NCBI GenBank assembly: GCA_035084275.1
Contig: CM068771.1
Span: 4,092,001 to 4,156,000 of the forward strand
Length of the DNA: 64,000 bases
From: Hydrolagus colliei
Taxonomy: Eukaryota
Reading direction: 5' to 3'
Both the position numbers and the translations under genes were made by a program. Of this stretch, positions 48,401 to 60,876 are shown one piece after another. Under the pieces are notes generated by a model. That model worked only from the letters and a program-made list of their open reading frames with translations. It made no database searches and was not told the DNA's origin. How positions within the stretch are numbered: the first letter of the stretch is position 1; each line of letters begins with the position of its first letter.

Positions 48401-51400
48401 CGAAAAATCATATAGTCGGCCTCGTCACGGCTGGTATTGCTCTCCTCTGCCTCTCAATAATCGGTTTGTTTCTCATCTGCCTCAGAAGACGCATAAAAGG
48501 TGAGTTTGCTTACTCATCAAAACATACTGATAATAAAATAATAATCCTTGTGTTTAATACAGCCCCTGATCTGTGTTCCTGGTGTATTGGCCAATATTCC
48601 CCCACATTAAGTTCCTACGGCTGCTTGTGAAATATTGCTGTAATAAAAATAATAAGATGAATAAGAACGATTGCATTCATATAGAGCTTTCCACGTCTTA
48701 TTGACGTCTCAAAGCGCTTCGCAGAATACAACAACGTCCCAGAGTTGGACCAGAGCAGGGGGAGGAGGGAGAAGAAAAGAGGGAAGAAAGGGGGGAAAGG
48801 AGGTAGGGACCAGAGCAGGGAGGGAGGGGTCGAGTTTGGGGGAAGGAAAGTAGGAAAATTTAGTGTATATTTGTGGGAGAAACGCGGCAGTCAAATTGCA
48901 CACAGCAGCGTCCCAGAAACAGTCATGGAAGTGGGGTTTGAGGAACGGGGGGGAGGAAAGGGGGTAATGGGAGGAGCTGGGGTAGAGGGGAAGGAGAGCA
49001 GAAAAAATGACTGTGATATTTGTGGGCGAAATTTATTATTAATAAATATTATTATTATTATTACATGGAGCTCCTGTGGCTCAGTGGTTAGAGCCCTTGT
49101 CTTGCAAGCTGGGGAGACCTGAGTTCGAATCCAGGCGAAAGGTCAGGGCAAAACCATGGGCAAGTTTCCTTACTCCACACGCCTAATAATAATCCCTCCA
49201 AAAAAAAAACACAATAATAAAATTGGTCATTTCAATCCAAGACTGTGTGTGGGGGACGCTGCTGTGCGCAATCGGCTGCTGCGTTTCGCCCACAAATATA
49301 TATATATACAGTCACTTCACTTTACAGTGCATTCTGTGAAGCGCTTTGGGACGCGGATAAGATGTGAAAAGCGCAATATCAAATGCAAGGATTATTGTGA
49401 TTATTATATTATCTATTATTATTTGATATAACTCCTCGTCACGTCTTCAAGACATCCCAAAGGGGCTTCACAGAATACAGTGTAAAGCTGTTGACTATTG
49501 TGGGCGAACAATACTAGCGCACGGCCGTGACCCACAAACAGCCGTGGATTGAGCGATCACATTTTTTCTTCAAGGGTTTGTTACCAATCGACTTAACGAC
49601 TGGGTTCTTACTCGATAATGATAATAATAACGATAATCTTTGCATTCGGTGTTCGCAAGTTTCACGTCAGGGGGGTGTCTCAAAACGCGTGACGGAATTT
49701 CCTGCAGTGAGCAGCGAGTCTGCGTTTTGGAGGCGAACGCGGCAGACAAATTGGGCTCCACAATGTCCCCCAAACAGTCATGGACTGAATGACCAATTTG
49801 TGACCCGTTGGCCAAGACGCTGAGTGAAACTCCCTACTCTCCTCGCAAGTGGCGTGGGATCTTCAATCGTGTCCTTTACCGTTCCAAACTCCATGACCCC
49901 CCCATCTCCCCTCCATCTCCCTCCCCATCCCCCAGCCCGACTCTTACTGGCTCCCCGTCATCCAGAGGATCCAATTCAAGATCCTGATCTTCACATTTAA
50001 AGCCTCCACAACCTCCCCCCCCCACCCCACCCCCCCACCCCACCCTACATCCGTGAACTCCTATCCCCCTTACCAACCTGCCCCCGCCTCTCCCTCCGCT
50101 CAGCAGGCTCTGGCCTGCTCCACGTCCCCCGACCCACCGGCCCAACCATTAGCGGGTGAGCCTTCAGCCACTCTGCCGCCAACCTCTGGAACTCCATCCC
50201 GCAGTCCCTCCGCCTCGCCCCCTCCCCGGCCTCCTTCATGCCTCATCTCAAGACTCTCCTCTTCGATGGACCCATTGGCAAATCCTTATCCACCCCACCC
50301 CCCCACTTCCCACCCCTGTCCTCAGCTCGGGTCTGAAGCAGTAGCTGTCCAGCGCCTTGGGACGTCCTCCTGATGTGAAAGGCGCTGTACAAGCGTAATT
50401 TTGTTGTTGTTGTTGTTGTTGAATGTATGTAAAGCGCCCTGAGACGTTATCCTGCATGACTGCCAGGCCCCAAAATAAACGTTGGCCACTTCATCCATGG
50501 CTGTTTGTGGGACGCTGCTGTGCGGAATTGGTGGCCTAGTTTGCCTACAAAATACACCGTTCAAAAAGGGATGGGAGTTTTCGGAGTTGGGTCATTGGAC
50601 GAAGTCATTGTGAGAGACATTGCTATTGGGGGGGGGGTGATGAGGTCCTGTAGCAAATACATGGGGGGAAAAAACCAAATCAGGTGTTCTGTCTTTCTCC
50701 TGTTGTTTGACCCAATCTTATAGCCTCTCGTCTTGTCCCCATTAGCCTGTTCTAAGTCAGATGGGAACTGGACGCCAGAGGAGACAGAGCTTCACAAGCG
50801 CTCACTAACTCGGGTAAGTGAATAGTGAGAGGCTCCATGGACAAACAATGTGGTGGCAACAGGGACAAATGATGGGGCTGACAATAATGGAGGGAATTAG
50901 CAATCATGTTCCTGTGTTCCTATATACCTGTGTTCCTATAGATAGATAATTATTTGGGGAGGACAGGTTTGTTTTCAAATCCCTCCGCTCCTCAGCAACC
51001 CTCTAGCTCTCCGACCTCCTCTCTCCTCAAACCAGCTCTCGTCGCCTTCCCTCCACCGGGTCTGGCCTCCTCCGTGTCCCCACCGAATCCTCCGCTCCAC
51101 CCTCGGCGGCCGTGCCTTCAGCCACTAACCCCCCCCTCCCCCCCCCGAGGCTCTGGAACCCCCTCCCTCACTTCCCAGTTTTCATGTCTCAGCTAAAGAT
51201 CCATTCTCTTCGACCATTACTGTGAAGCGCTCTGAGACGCCACCCGGCGTGGTGTATAAATCGAAGGTGTTGTTGTTGTTGTTGTTTGCTGGCCGGGGGA
51301 GGCAGGGTTATGGGGAGTGGGAATCGATTTGCACAGCTCCTTTCAAAGAACCAGCCTTGTTCCTATCTACCTATGAGTGGTTAGAGACACTCACTCGCCT

Positions 51401-54400
51401 TACGAGCGTGAAACCTGTGTTTCGAATCCAGCCAGGTCAGGTGAGGGCGAAACCTTAGGCAACTTTCCTTATTCCACACACACACACGCCTAATAATAAT
51501 AATAATAATAATCCCTCCAACAAAAAAAAACCACAATAATAAAATTGGTCATTTCAACCCAGGGCTGTTTGTGGGGGACGCTGCTGTGCGCAATTGGCTG
51601 CCGCGTTTCGTCCACAAATATACAGTCACTTCACTTCACAGTATATTCTGTGAAGCGCTTTGAGGCGTCGATAAGATGTGAAAAACGCTGTATCCAATGC
51701 AAGGATTAGGGAGGAGAGCGGGAAAAGCGACTGTATATTTGTGGGCAAATATACATTTGTGGACGTTTGAACGACAAGTGTGATCTGCCCTTACAAAGAG
51801 AGAATTTGGGGGGGAATATATAAATATGTATAAATATATGAAGCAGAGATACAGGAACGCAGAGCTCACTTGGACACCTGGTCACTAGACCCAGGCCAGA
51901 GAGGAGATCCAGTCACCTTGGCTTAATAATAATAATAATAATAATACAGTACTTGCATTTGATTTGACATAGCGCCTTGGGACGTCCTCCCAACGTGAAA
52001 GGTGCTCTATCAATGTAATTCCGTTGTTGCTGTTGTTATCACATCATCGAGACGTGTCTCAAAGCGCTTCTCAGAATATACGGCAAAGTGAGTTGACTGT
52101 GTTTTTTGTGGGCGACAGGCGGTAGTCAATTATGCACAGACAGCCATTTTGAAAGAGAAGTAGACGTTTATTTGGGGAGGGCGGGTTTGCGAGGTGATGG
52201 GGAGAGGGAGAGGGAGGGAGAGCTGGGGAGTGGGATTGAGTTGCTCTTTTTTGAAAGAGCCGGCACAGACTTGATGGGCCGAATGGCCTCCTTTTCTGCC
52301 GTAAGATTCTATGTCCCACAAACAGTGGTGGATTGAAGTGACTATTCGTTTCGTTTTAGTTTTTTTTAAGGGATTATTACCCCCAGGAAAATGATCCACC
52401 AATCGACCAGGATCCTACTTACTGCTAGGTAAACACAAGTGTGTGGGGAAGGAAACTTGCCCAAAGTTTCACTCTGCCCAGAAACCCAAGTCCTCCTGCC
52501 TGTGAGACGAGCGTTCTAACCACTGAGCTACAGGACTCCACTTGCTCAGTGGAGCAAGTAGAGCTGTGCGCAATTGGCTGCCGCGTTTCGCCCACACATA
52601 GACTGTCAATTCACTTCACGGTACATTCCGTGAAGCGCTTTGAGATGTCGATAAGATGTGAAAAGCGCGGTATCAAAACGCAAGAATTATTACAGTGTCA
52701 GTTGACAATTTGGGTTCGAGAGAGGTTGGGTGGGTGGGGGTGGGGGTGGGGGTGGGGGTGGGGGGGTGGGGGAGGGGGATTGGGGCTTGGGGCTTGCCGG
52801 CGGGTAAAACTCTGAATGATCCACTGAATTTGGGGTTCCTGAAGTGAAAAGCACTTTGGTCTAGTTCGGTTAATTGGGGTTGATGCAGACTTAACCTCGC
52901 TCACCAATAACAAAAAGTATTGTGGATGACATTTTGATGTGGCCAGATGCTATCTGATTCTTCTCTCTCTCACTCTGCCTCGCGAGGGGAAGTGAGGTGA
53001 GGAAAAAACAACTCATAATGTTTCTGCTTAAACGTCTCGAGAGCGTTTCCACTGGCAGATGAAAGAGTTCTCCTGCAGCTCGGGTCTCGACTGTCTCAAT
53101 CTGTTCGGCTGCTGTCAGCAAGAACGCAGTGTGCGAGGGAACGAGCGAGTGTGCGAGCTCTCCTCGCCATCGGTCACCTGCCAACCACACTGACTTTAAT
53201 GTCAAACCACTTTCACGTTCGGTTTCTCTTCAGGTGCTTTTAAAATTGGAAGCGGCTTGCGTTTGAATGGCTCCTTATCGCCTCGAAACATCTGAGTAAC
53301 ATGTAACGTTAACCGTTAATCCTGCTGGGGATGGGGGGGGAAGTGGGGAGGTGGGGGAGGGAGGCAAACGGGGTCCCTTGTCGAGCTGGGCTGGCCCTGA
53401 AGGTGACACGCCTGGCAATGGCGTGCCAGAATGGAGCCCGCCCTCTGCAGCCATGTCTCCTCCATTCCTCCGCACCAGCCTCTACCTCTCCGACCTCCTC
53501 TCTCCTCAAACCAGCACCCGTCGCCTTCGCTCCACCAGGTCTGGCCTCTTCCTCGTCCCCCCCGAATCCTCCTCTCCAACCCTCGTTTTTAAAGTTCGCA
53601 GGTTTTAGGAGGATTAAAGAATATAATATAACGACTGTGTGCAATTGGCTGCTCCGTTTCGCCCACAGATATACAGTCAACTCTACAGTATACATTCTGT
53701 AAAGCGCTTGGAGACGTCGATAAGATGTGAAAAGTGTTATGTCAAATGTAAGGATTATTATTGTTGTTATTATCCACCATTCACTACGCCCCGAGGCTCT
53801 GGAACTCCCTCCCTCACTCCCTTCGCCTCTCTCCCCACCCCCACTCTCTCCCCAGTTTCAGGTCTCAGCTAAAGACCTTTCTCTTTGACCGCGCCTTCGG
53901 TCACGTTTCTCCCCCCTGCCCCCCCTGGCTCACTTTTATGAAGCTCTCTGAGACACGGTCCAACGTGGAGGACACTACATAAATCGAAGTTTTTGTTACG
54001 TGAGGAAGTCGGTGCCCAGGGAGATTCCTTACTCCACAAGCCTGCGCTTTCGTCTCAGCAAAGTAGGAAGTTGTTAATCGATTGGGTGGATTGCTTTCCT
54101 GGGGGGCTAACAATCCCTATCATCAAATCATTGAATCTTACGGCACAAAAGGAGGCCATTCGGCCCATCGAGTCTGTGCCGGCTCTTTGAAAAGAGCAAC
54201 TCAATCCCACTCCCCAGCTCTCTCTCTCCCTATAACCTCGCAAACCTGTCCTTCCCAAATAAATGTCTATCTCTCTTCTAAAAGCTGTTATCGAATCGGC
54301 CTACTTTTCAGGCAACGCATTCCAGATTCCAACAACTCGCTGAGTGAAAACATTTCTCCTCACCTCTCCTCTGCTTCTTTTTGAAACTATTTTTAATCTG

Positions 54401-57400
54401 TGACCTCGAGTCACACCAGTGGAAACAGTTTTTCCCTGTCTACTCTGTCGAATCCCCTCATGATGTTAAAAACCTCTATTAGGTCTCCTGACAACCTTCT
54501 CTGTTCCAATGAGAATAAGCCTGGCCTCTCTAGCCTTTCCTCGTAGCTGAAGTCCCTCATTCCTGGTACCATCCTTGTAAATCTCCTCTGCACCCTTTCC
54601 AATGCCTTAACATCCTTCCTATAGTGTGGTGACCAGAATTGTACACAGTACTCTAGCTGAGGCCTAACCAAAGTCTTATAGAGTTTAGTCAGAACTTCCT
54701 GACTTCTGTACTCTGTGCCCCTATTTATAAAGCCTAGTATCCTATATGCCTTTTTTGATAGCCTTCAAAAAAGGAGTTTTATTTAAAATTCATAACAATT
54801 TGTTCACTCGGACCACAGGTCTGAGTGAACAAGTCGCTACTGCTCTCAATCGGCTGCCATGTTTTCGCCCACGAAACACACAGTCAATTCACTTTAGAGA
54901 GCGTTTCGAGGCGTTTCGTAGGCGTGATAAGGCGCCGCATCAGATGCAAGGATTATTATTACTGTATTATCATTATCATCATTACAGCCTTTCCTCTGGT
55001 GNNNNNNNNNNNNNNNNNNNNNNNNNNNNNNNNNNNNNNNNNNNNNNNNNNNNNNNNNNNNNNNNNNNNNNNNNNNNNNNNNNNNNNNNNNNNNNNNNNN
55101 NNNNNNNNNNNNNNNNNNNNNNNNNNNNNNNNNNNNNNNNNNNNNNNNNNNNNNNNNNNNNNNNNNNNNNNNNNNNNNNNNNNNNNAAGCTCTGGGCTCC
55201 CAGCCCTGGTGACCCACTTTACTCGACTGCGCCCGATGACTAAACACTGCGATCAGAATGTTTCGCACAACAGGAAAACCTGCCGTCTCCACTTGTGGGT
55301 TTGCGACGGAGTGGAAACTCTCACACGAGTGGCTAGGAGACTGCAAAGCGCTCGACAGGCGAATGACAAGCGAGTGGCTTAAGGGAACAGACCGTGTTTG
55401 AGGCAGGAGGAAACACACACACACTTTATCTGCCGTGTTAGTGTTAGTGCTCAGTCCCTCTTCACAACTACCCTGCCCCAGTACTGTTCAACTCAACCCA
55501 GAGGTGTCTCACTCGCCCTGCCACACAGCGCATTTCAGAGAAATTCTTCTTATAATAAGAATAAGAATCATTGCGTTTGATATAGAGCATCTTATAACCT
55601 TTCCCTCCCTCTCCCCCCTTTACCCTCTTTTCCCCCTTTCTCCCCCGGCCCCGTTTCCGCGACTGTTTGCGGTGGACGCTGCTGCGCGCGATTTGGCTGC
55701 CGCGTTTCGCCCACAAACGTACAGTCAATTCTCCTACCCTCCTTCATCCCGCCCCGACCCCTCCCCATCGCCCCTGCTCTTGTCCCTACCTGTCTGTACA
55801 GCTCCTCGGGACGTCCCCTCGACGCGAAAGGTGATATATAAACGTACGTTTTGATTGATTTAGTGGATGAAACGTGGCAGCCGTTTGCACACGGCAGTGT
55901 CCCACAAACAGCCGTTGATTGGGTGACCCACAATGGAGTAACACGGGCATTCCTACTTACCGCTAGTTAAACGGAGGCATGCGAAGGTACTTCCCTGCCC
56001 AGGAATCGAATCTGGGTCCTCTCGCTCGAGAGGCGAGAGAGCTAACCACTGAACTGCAAGACTCCACAAACTCAACGGTGCTCGATTGCCTTTGCAATCT
56101 GCACACCAACTGATTCACTGGGACTATTTAAGCTGTCGTTGGCTGAATGAGAATATTGGTCATGTATTGCAGAATGCACAGCTTTGAATATACATCTTAT
56201 AATACAATAATAATAATAATAATTCTTGCATTTGACGCAGCGCTTTTCACACTTCATCGTCTTAGAGATTTTTCAAAGCGCTTCACGGAATATACTGTGA
56301 AGTGAAGTGACTGTATATATTTGTGGGCGAAACGCAGCAGCCAATTGCGCACAGCAGCGTCCCCCACACACAGTCGTGGATTGAAATGACAAATTTATTT
56401 ATTGTGTTTATTTGGAGGGATTATTATTGTGTGTGTGTCTACGTGTGTGTCTGTGTGTATGTGTGTGTATGTGTGGAGTAAGGAAACTTGCCCAAGGTTT
56501 CGCCCTGACCTGCCTGGATTTGAACACAGGTCTCACGCTAGTGAAGGCGAGTGCTCTAACCACTGAGCTACAGGAGCTACAGAATATAATATATTATGTT
56601 ATAACGAGGGCTGGTTTAAAGCAAAATCTCAGAAGTATCCAATACCAATGCCATTTTAGAAACGAAATTTAAAAATTTTGTTTAATTAAATTTAAAATAT
56701 CTCCCCGAGAGCCAACCCCCTCCCGCCCGATCTAAGCCTGCTCTTCCCTTGTGGAGAGGTGCAGCCATGTGGTCGGTGACTGAGAGTGAAACTCGTCTCT
56801 TCGCTTCTCACACGATTGCAAACAGTGGCTCCAACACGCCCCTCACTGGCCAGCCTTAACACACAGCTTCCAATTGTGTGTGTGTGCACACAGTCAGTGT
56901 GCGTGTGTGCGTGTGTGTGTGTGTGTATGTAAAGTCTATGTGTATGTATCTGTGTATATGCAGACTGTGTGTTTGTAGTCTGTGTGTACAGTATGTGTGT
57001 GGGCGTATATGCATTCTGTGTGTGTACAGTATATTGACTACAAACACTGACTACACACACACACACATACACTACAGTGTGTGAAGTATACAGTAGTTTA
57101 CGGTGTGTGAGTGTGTGTACGATCAGTGGATATACACCGTCACTGTGGGTCTAAATAAATGCAAACTAAGAATAAGAATAATCCTCGCATTTGGTACAGC
57201 ACCTCATTAGGTCTTTGAGACGTCTCAAAGCCAGAGTGTAACAGACTGTACATTTTGTGGGCAAAATGCTGTAGCCAACTGCGCACAGCAGCGTCCCCCC
57301 CAAAAGGTAGTGGATCGAGGGACCAAATTCTTATAGTTTTTTATTTTTTAAGGGATTATTACTCCCGAAAATGGCAACTCGCCAATCGACAGGTTTCTAC

Positions 57401-58092
57401 TTGCTGCTAGGCATATAGAGGCCCCATCCTACTTAACCAATCTACTCTCCCCCTACACGCCCACCCGGACCCTCCGTTCAACAGGACTTGTCCTGCTCCA
57501 AGCCCCCCGCCCGAACCGCCCCACCATCGGAGGCCGGGCCTTCAGTTTCTCCGCTCCCACCCTATGGAATGCCATCCCTCAATCCCTCCATTTCGTCTCT
57601 TCCCTTTCCTCTTTCAAGGCCGGTTTGAAGACTTTCCTCTTCGATCGTGCCTTTTGTTCCACCCCGAACTCTTTTACCTCCCCTTCGTGTTTCACCCCTT
57701 CCCAAACACTCCCCTCCCAGCTCGGGTCACACGCCTCCTGTTCAGCGCCTTGGGACGTCCTCCCGACGTGAAAGGCGCTCTATAAATGTAAATATAAAAT
57801 TGTTGTTGTTGTTGAGTGAGGAAACTTGCCTCACTTTTCGCCCTGTGTGTGTACAGTCAGCGTATGACTGCCCCTGACTGTTTCTCTCTCTCGTGTCTTC
57901 TCCCCACAGCTGCCTCACTCCCTGCGCAGCCTCGACGAAGTCACATACGCAGAGATCAACTGGACCCCGATGAGGAGACCCAACCCACAGCCCAGGGCTC
58001 TGTGTGCACACACTGACTACATACACACTGAGTACAGCAGCATCCGAACTGACACACTGACACACACACACACTGACACACACACACACTGA
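45429..58092 (+). CDS. Single IgV-domain type I membrane receptor (CEACAM-N/CD2/HEPACAM-like) with ITIM and ITSM, about 278 aa; join(45429-45495,46330-46707,48359-48499,50746-50813,57910-58092)
   Basis: Leader, V domain, TM and two cytoplasmic exons, all with canonical splice sites and compatible phases (1,1,1,0). Joining the last exon across 7 kb is inferred, and extra small exons are possible. Confidence 0.75.
46330..46707 (+). CDS. Ig receptor V-set domain exon lacking the canonical B-F disulfide
   Basis: ttttgacag|..VTGFVKHDVLLPV..LWEC..YKGRVTLSAENASLLIRDLRLNDTGIYRVTV..VNLTV..|gtaagg; 378 nt, phase 1-1. Confidence 0.9.
48359..48499 (+). CDS. Ig receptor stalk + transmembrane exon
   Basis: tctcacag|..HIVGLVTAGIALLCLSIIGLFLICLRRRIK G|gtgagt; uncharged TM followed by RRR. 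Confidence 0.88.
49850..50420 (+). mobile_element. L2 LINE 3' fragment
   Basis: [14 protein letters not shown].., L2 terminal hairpin, (GTT)n. Confidence 0.85.
50746..50813 (+). CDS. Ig receptor cytoplasmic exon
   Basis: ccccattag|..CSKSDGNWTPEETELHKRSLTR|gtaagt, phase 1-0. Confidence 0.75.
54130..54760 (-). mobile_element. CR1 LINE 3' portion
   Basis: VRPQLEYCVQFWSPHYRKDVKALERVQRRFTRMVPGMRDFSYEERL..GDLIEVFNIMRGFDRVD. Confidence 0.92.
57420..57810 (+). mobile_element. Young L2 3' end, near-identical to 1750-2120
   Basis: Shared 3' UTR text and terminal hairpin. Confidence 0.85.
57910..58092 (+). CDS. Ig receptor terminal exon with ITIM (VTYAEI) and ITSM (TEYSSI)
   Basis: Strong acceptor tcttctccccacag|[63 protein letters not shown]. 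Confidence 0.75.
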   Translation: MPHSLRSLDEVTYAEINWTPMRRPNPQPRALCAHTDYIHTEYSSIRTDTLTHTHTDTHTH

Positions 58093-58482
58093 CACACACT
58101 GACACACATACACACTGAGTACAGCAGCATCNNNNNNNNNNNNNNNNNNNNNNNNNNNNNNNNNNNNNNNNNNNNNNNNNNNNNNNNNNNNNNNNNNNNN
58201 NNNNNNNNNNNNNNNNNNNNNNNNNNNNNNNNNNNNNNNNNNNNNNNNNNNNNNNNNNNNNNNNNNNNNNGAGTACAGCAGCATCCGAACTGACACACTG
58301 ACACACACACACACTGACACACACACACACTGACCCACACACACTGACACACACACACACAATGACTGAGTACACACAATCTAAGTACACCAGCATCCGA
58401 GGTTGCAAAAACACACACACACATTCACTGAGTACACGAGCATCTGAACTGACACACATGTGGAACACACACATTAGCATTC
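58012..58482 (+). repeat. CA-rich minisatellite containing repeated ACTGAGTACAGCAGCATC units
   Basis: Units at 58027, 58114, 58271 plus degenerate copies to 58444; interrupted by gaps. Confidence 0.9.
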
Positions 58483-59384
58483 NNNNNNNNNNNNNNNNNN
58501 NNNNNNNNNNNNNNNNNNNNNNNNNNNNNNNNNNNNNNNNNNNNNNNNNNNNNNNNNNNNNNNNNNNNNNNNNNNNNNNNNNNNNNNNNNNNNNNNNNNN
58601 NNNNNNNNNNNNNNNNNNNNNNNNNNNNNNNNNNNAATTTAATGTAATTTAATTAACAGTAATTTAAAAAATGAAAAATAAAATTTTAATTAAAAAAACT
58701 TTTGGTGCAATGTATGAGCTCCTGTGGCTCAGTGATTAGAGCACTTGTCTTGCAAGGCTGGGGAGACCTGTGTTCGAATCCAGGCAGGTCAGGGCAAAAC
58801 GTCAGGCAAGTTTCCTTACGCCACACGCCTAATAATAATCCCTCCAACAAAAAAAACACAACAATAAAGTTGGTCATTTCAATCCACGACTGTGTGTGGG
58901 GGGGACGCCGCTGTGCGCAATTGGCTGCCGCGTTTCACCCACAAATGTACAGTTAATTCACTTTACAGTGTATTCTGTGAAGCGCTTTGGGACGTCGATA
59001 AGATGTGAAAAGCGCCGTATCAAATGCAAGGATTATTATTATATATATATGACCGAGTGAGACACCATTGTCCACGCAATTTAATAAATAATAATCCCTG
59101 TCTGACACACATACCTTCTCGTGTCTGGGGGACGTCTCAAAGCGCTTCACAGGATTCATCCCCCCTACCTCGTCTCTCCTCACAGCAGTACTGCTGCTTC
59201 CGCTCTACTGGGTCTGGCCTCCTCCTTGTCCCCCCGAATCCTATGCTCTACCATAGGCAGCCGTGCTTTCCACCACTGTGCCCTGAAACTTTGGAGTTTG
59301 GAACTCCCTCCCTCAACCCCTTCACCTCAAACCCTCCTTTCCACCATCTTCAGGTGGCACCTGAGACCTTTCTCATTGACTTGA

Positions 59385-60010
59385 GCCATACGGACATGGA
59401 GGTGCAGAGGGACTGAACGTCCAGTGTGAAAAGGAGACGTTCAGGACCGTGCAACTGGAAATTGTCGAAATGTCGGAGGGCGTCCGACGAGTCACGGATA
59501 TAGTTGGGTAGGGATTGGACGAGGGGAGAAAAAATGTAGTCTAAATATGATGAAATGAATTCAGTGGGACAGGAGCAGGCTGAGACAACGGGTCTGCCAG
59601 GACAGTCCTGTTTAGGAATCTTGGGGAGAAAGTGTAGGCGGGCTGTGCGGGGTTGGGTGACTATGAGGTTGGACGCAGTAGGAGGAAGGTCACCAGCGGA
59701 GATGAGGTTATTAACTACCTCAGTGACGGAGGCTTGGTGTTGAGCTGTGGGGTCATGGTTGAGTGGAAGGTAGGCGGAGTTGTCGGAGAGCTGGCGTTTG
59801 GCCTCTGCCAGATACGGCTCCTTACGCCAGACAACGACAGCAGCACCCTGGTCAGCTGGTTTGATGATGAAATCAGGGTTGGCCCTGAGGGAGTGGAGTG
59901 CAGTGCGTTCAGAGGGAGAGAGGCTGTTGTTTGCTGTTGGACTGAAGGTGAGGCTCTGACCAGACTCAGACAACAATATGTGAGGAGCTACCGTCAACAC
60001 TCGCAGTGAA
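59385..60010 (-). mobile_element. Penelope-like retroelement RT fragment
   Basis: IIKPADQGAAVVVW..ARLHFLPKIPKQDCPGRPVVSACSCPTEFISSYLD..YIRDS..LFTLDVQSL. Confidence 0.88.
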
Positions 60011-60301
60011 CATCACAGGACTGTTGCCCACTCTATGATGTAGGGAATATTTGAACTGTTTGTGTGTGTTTTCATGTGATTCCCACAAACCAGGAAATCA
60101 GCAGGAAACCAAAACCAGAAATAGTCTCTGAACATTGCCATCTTGGGACACAAGTTCAATTCACTTCTAACAGTGAAGATTCTTCTCTTTCAGGACCGAA
60201 CCCAAACAGGTCAGTGTCAGAAATTGTTTCCTGAAATAAAATTAGACAGTGATATAAAAACAATCATACTTTTACATTATATCGCAGTTACAGGATTGAC
60301 T

Positions 60302-60313
60302 GGTTTCACTTTC
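60302..60313 (-). promoter_or_regulatory. ISRE / IRF-binding element upstream of the BTN-like gene
   Basis: GGTTTCACTTTC (= GAAAGTGAAACC on minus), about 500 nt upstream of the ATG. Confidence 0.55.
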
Positions 60314-60818
60314 GCACCCTGTGATGTTGAGTTTAACTATGAAATAAATGTTCTCCATTGTCAGGTTTGTGTAAATAGTAAAGCGGGAGCGGCTGCTGTG
60401 AGTTTATTCCCAGTTTGTTGTTTAAACGCTGAGAATTGGAGGCCAGTGAGGAGTGAGGGGAATGGGAGCCTCGTCTCTGACCTGCACCTTGTTGGGGGTG
60501 AATAAGGAGCAGCTCTGAGGAGAGGGAGGGGAGGAGCACATTACAGCAGTCACACACAACATGTTTCTTCCCCAAAACTACCTCATGGAGACCCCCCAGT
60601 GTGGGGCTGGGGGGAGCCTCACTGTCACAGTTAAACTTCCCAAATCATTATTCCGACAGAGATGGCAGTTTGTTCTGCTGTGTGTGTAAATGTTGTAAGA
60701 TCGCAGAATTATTCATTAGGTTTTTTATTTTGACCAATTATGTACAAACACAAATCTCTGTAATTATCTGATTTGCTGTTGCAACCAGATGTGATCTCAA
60801 TGTGAAGGCCCGAAGAAG

Positions 60819-60876
60819 ATGATCTGGAAACGCTGTATTCAGGTCCTGTGGCTTGTGCTCCCCCTCTCTCTGGCTG
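60819..60876 (+). CDS. BTN-like leader exon (coding part)
   Basis: ATG ATC TGG..CTG GCT G|gtaagg, phase 1; acceptor at 60788 implies an upstream UTR exon. Confidence 0.75.

Noticed and set aside
45429-50813. Calling the Ig gene AGER/RAGE
   Set aside because: Wrong strand relative to RNF5, single Cys-less V domain, and ITIM/ITSM tail unlike RAGE.
52960-53300. Extra cytoplasmic exons of the Ig receptor
   Set aside because: Several acceptor-like sites, but frames either stop immediately or are phase-incompatible; cannot choose without transcripts.
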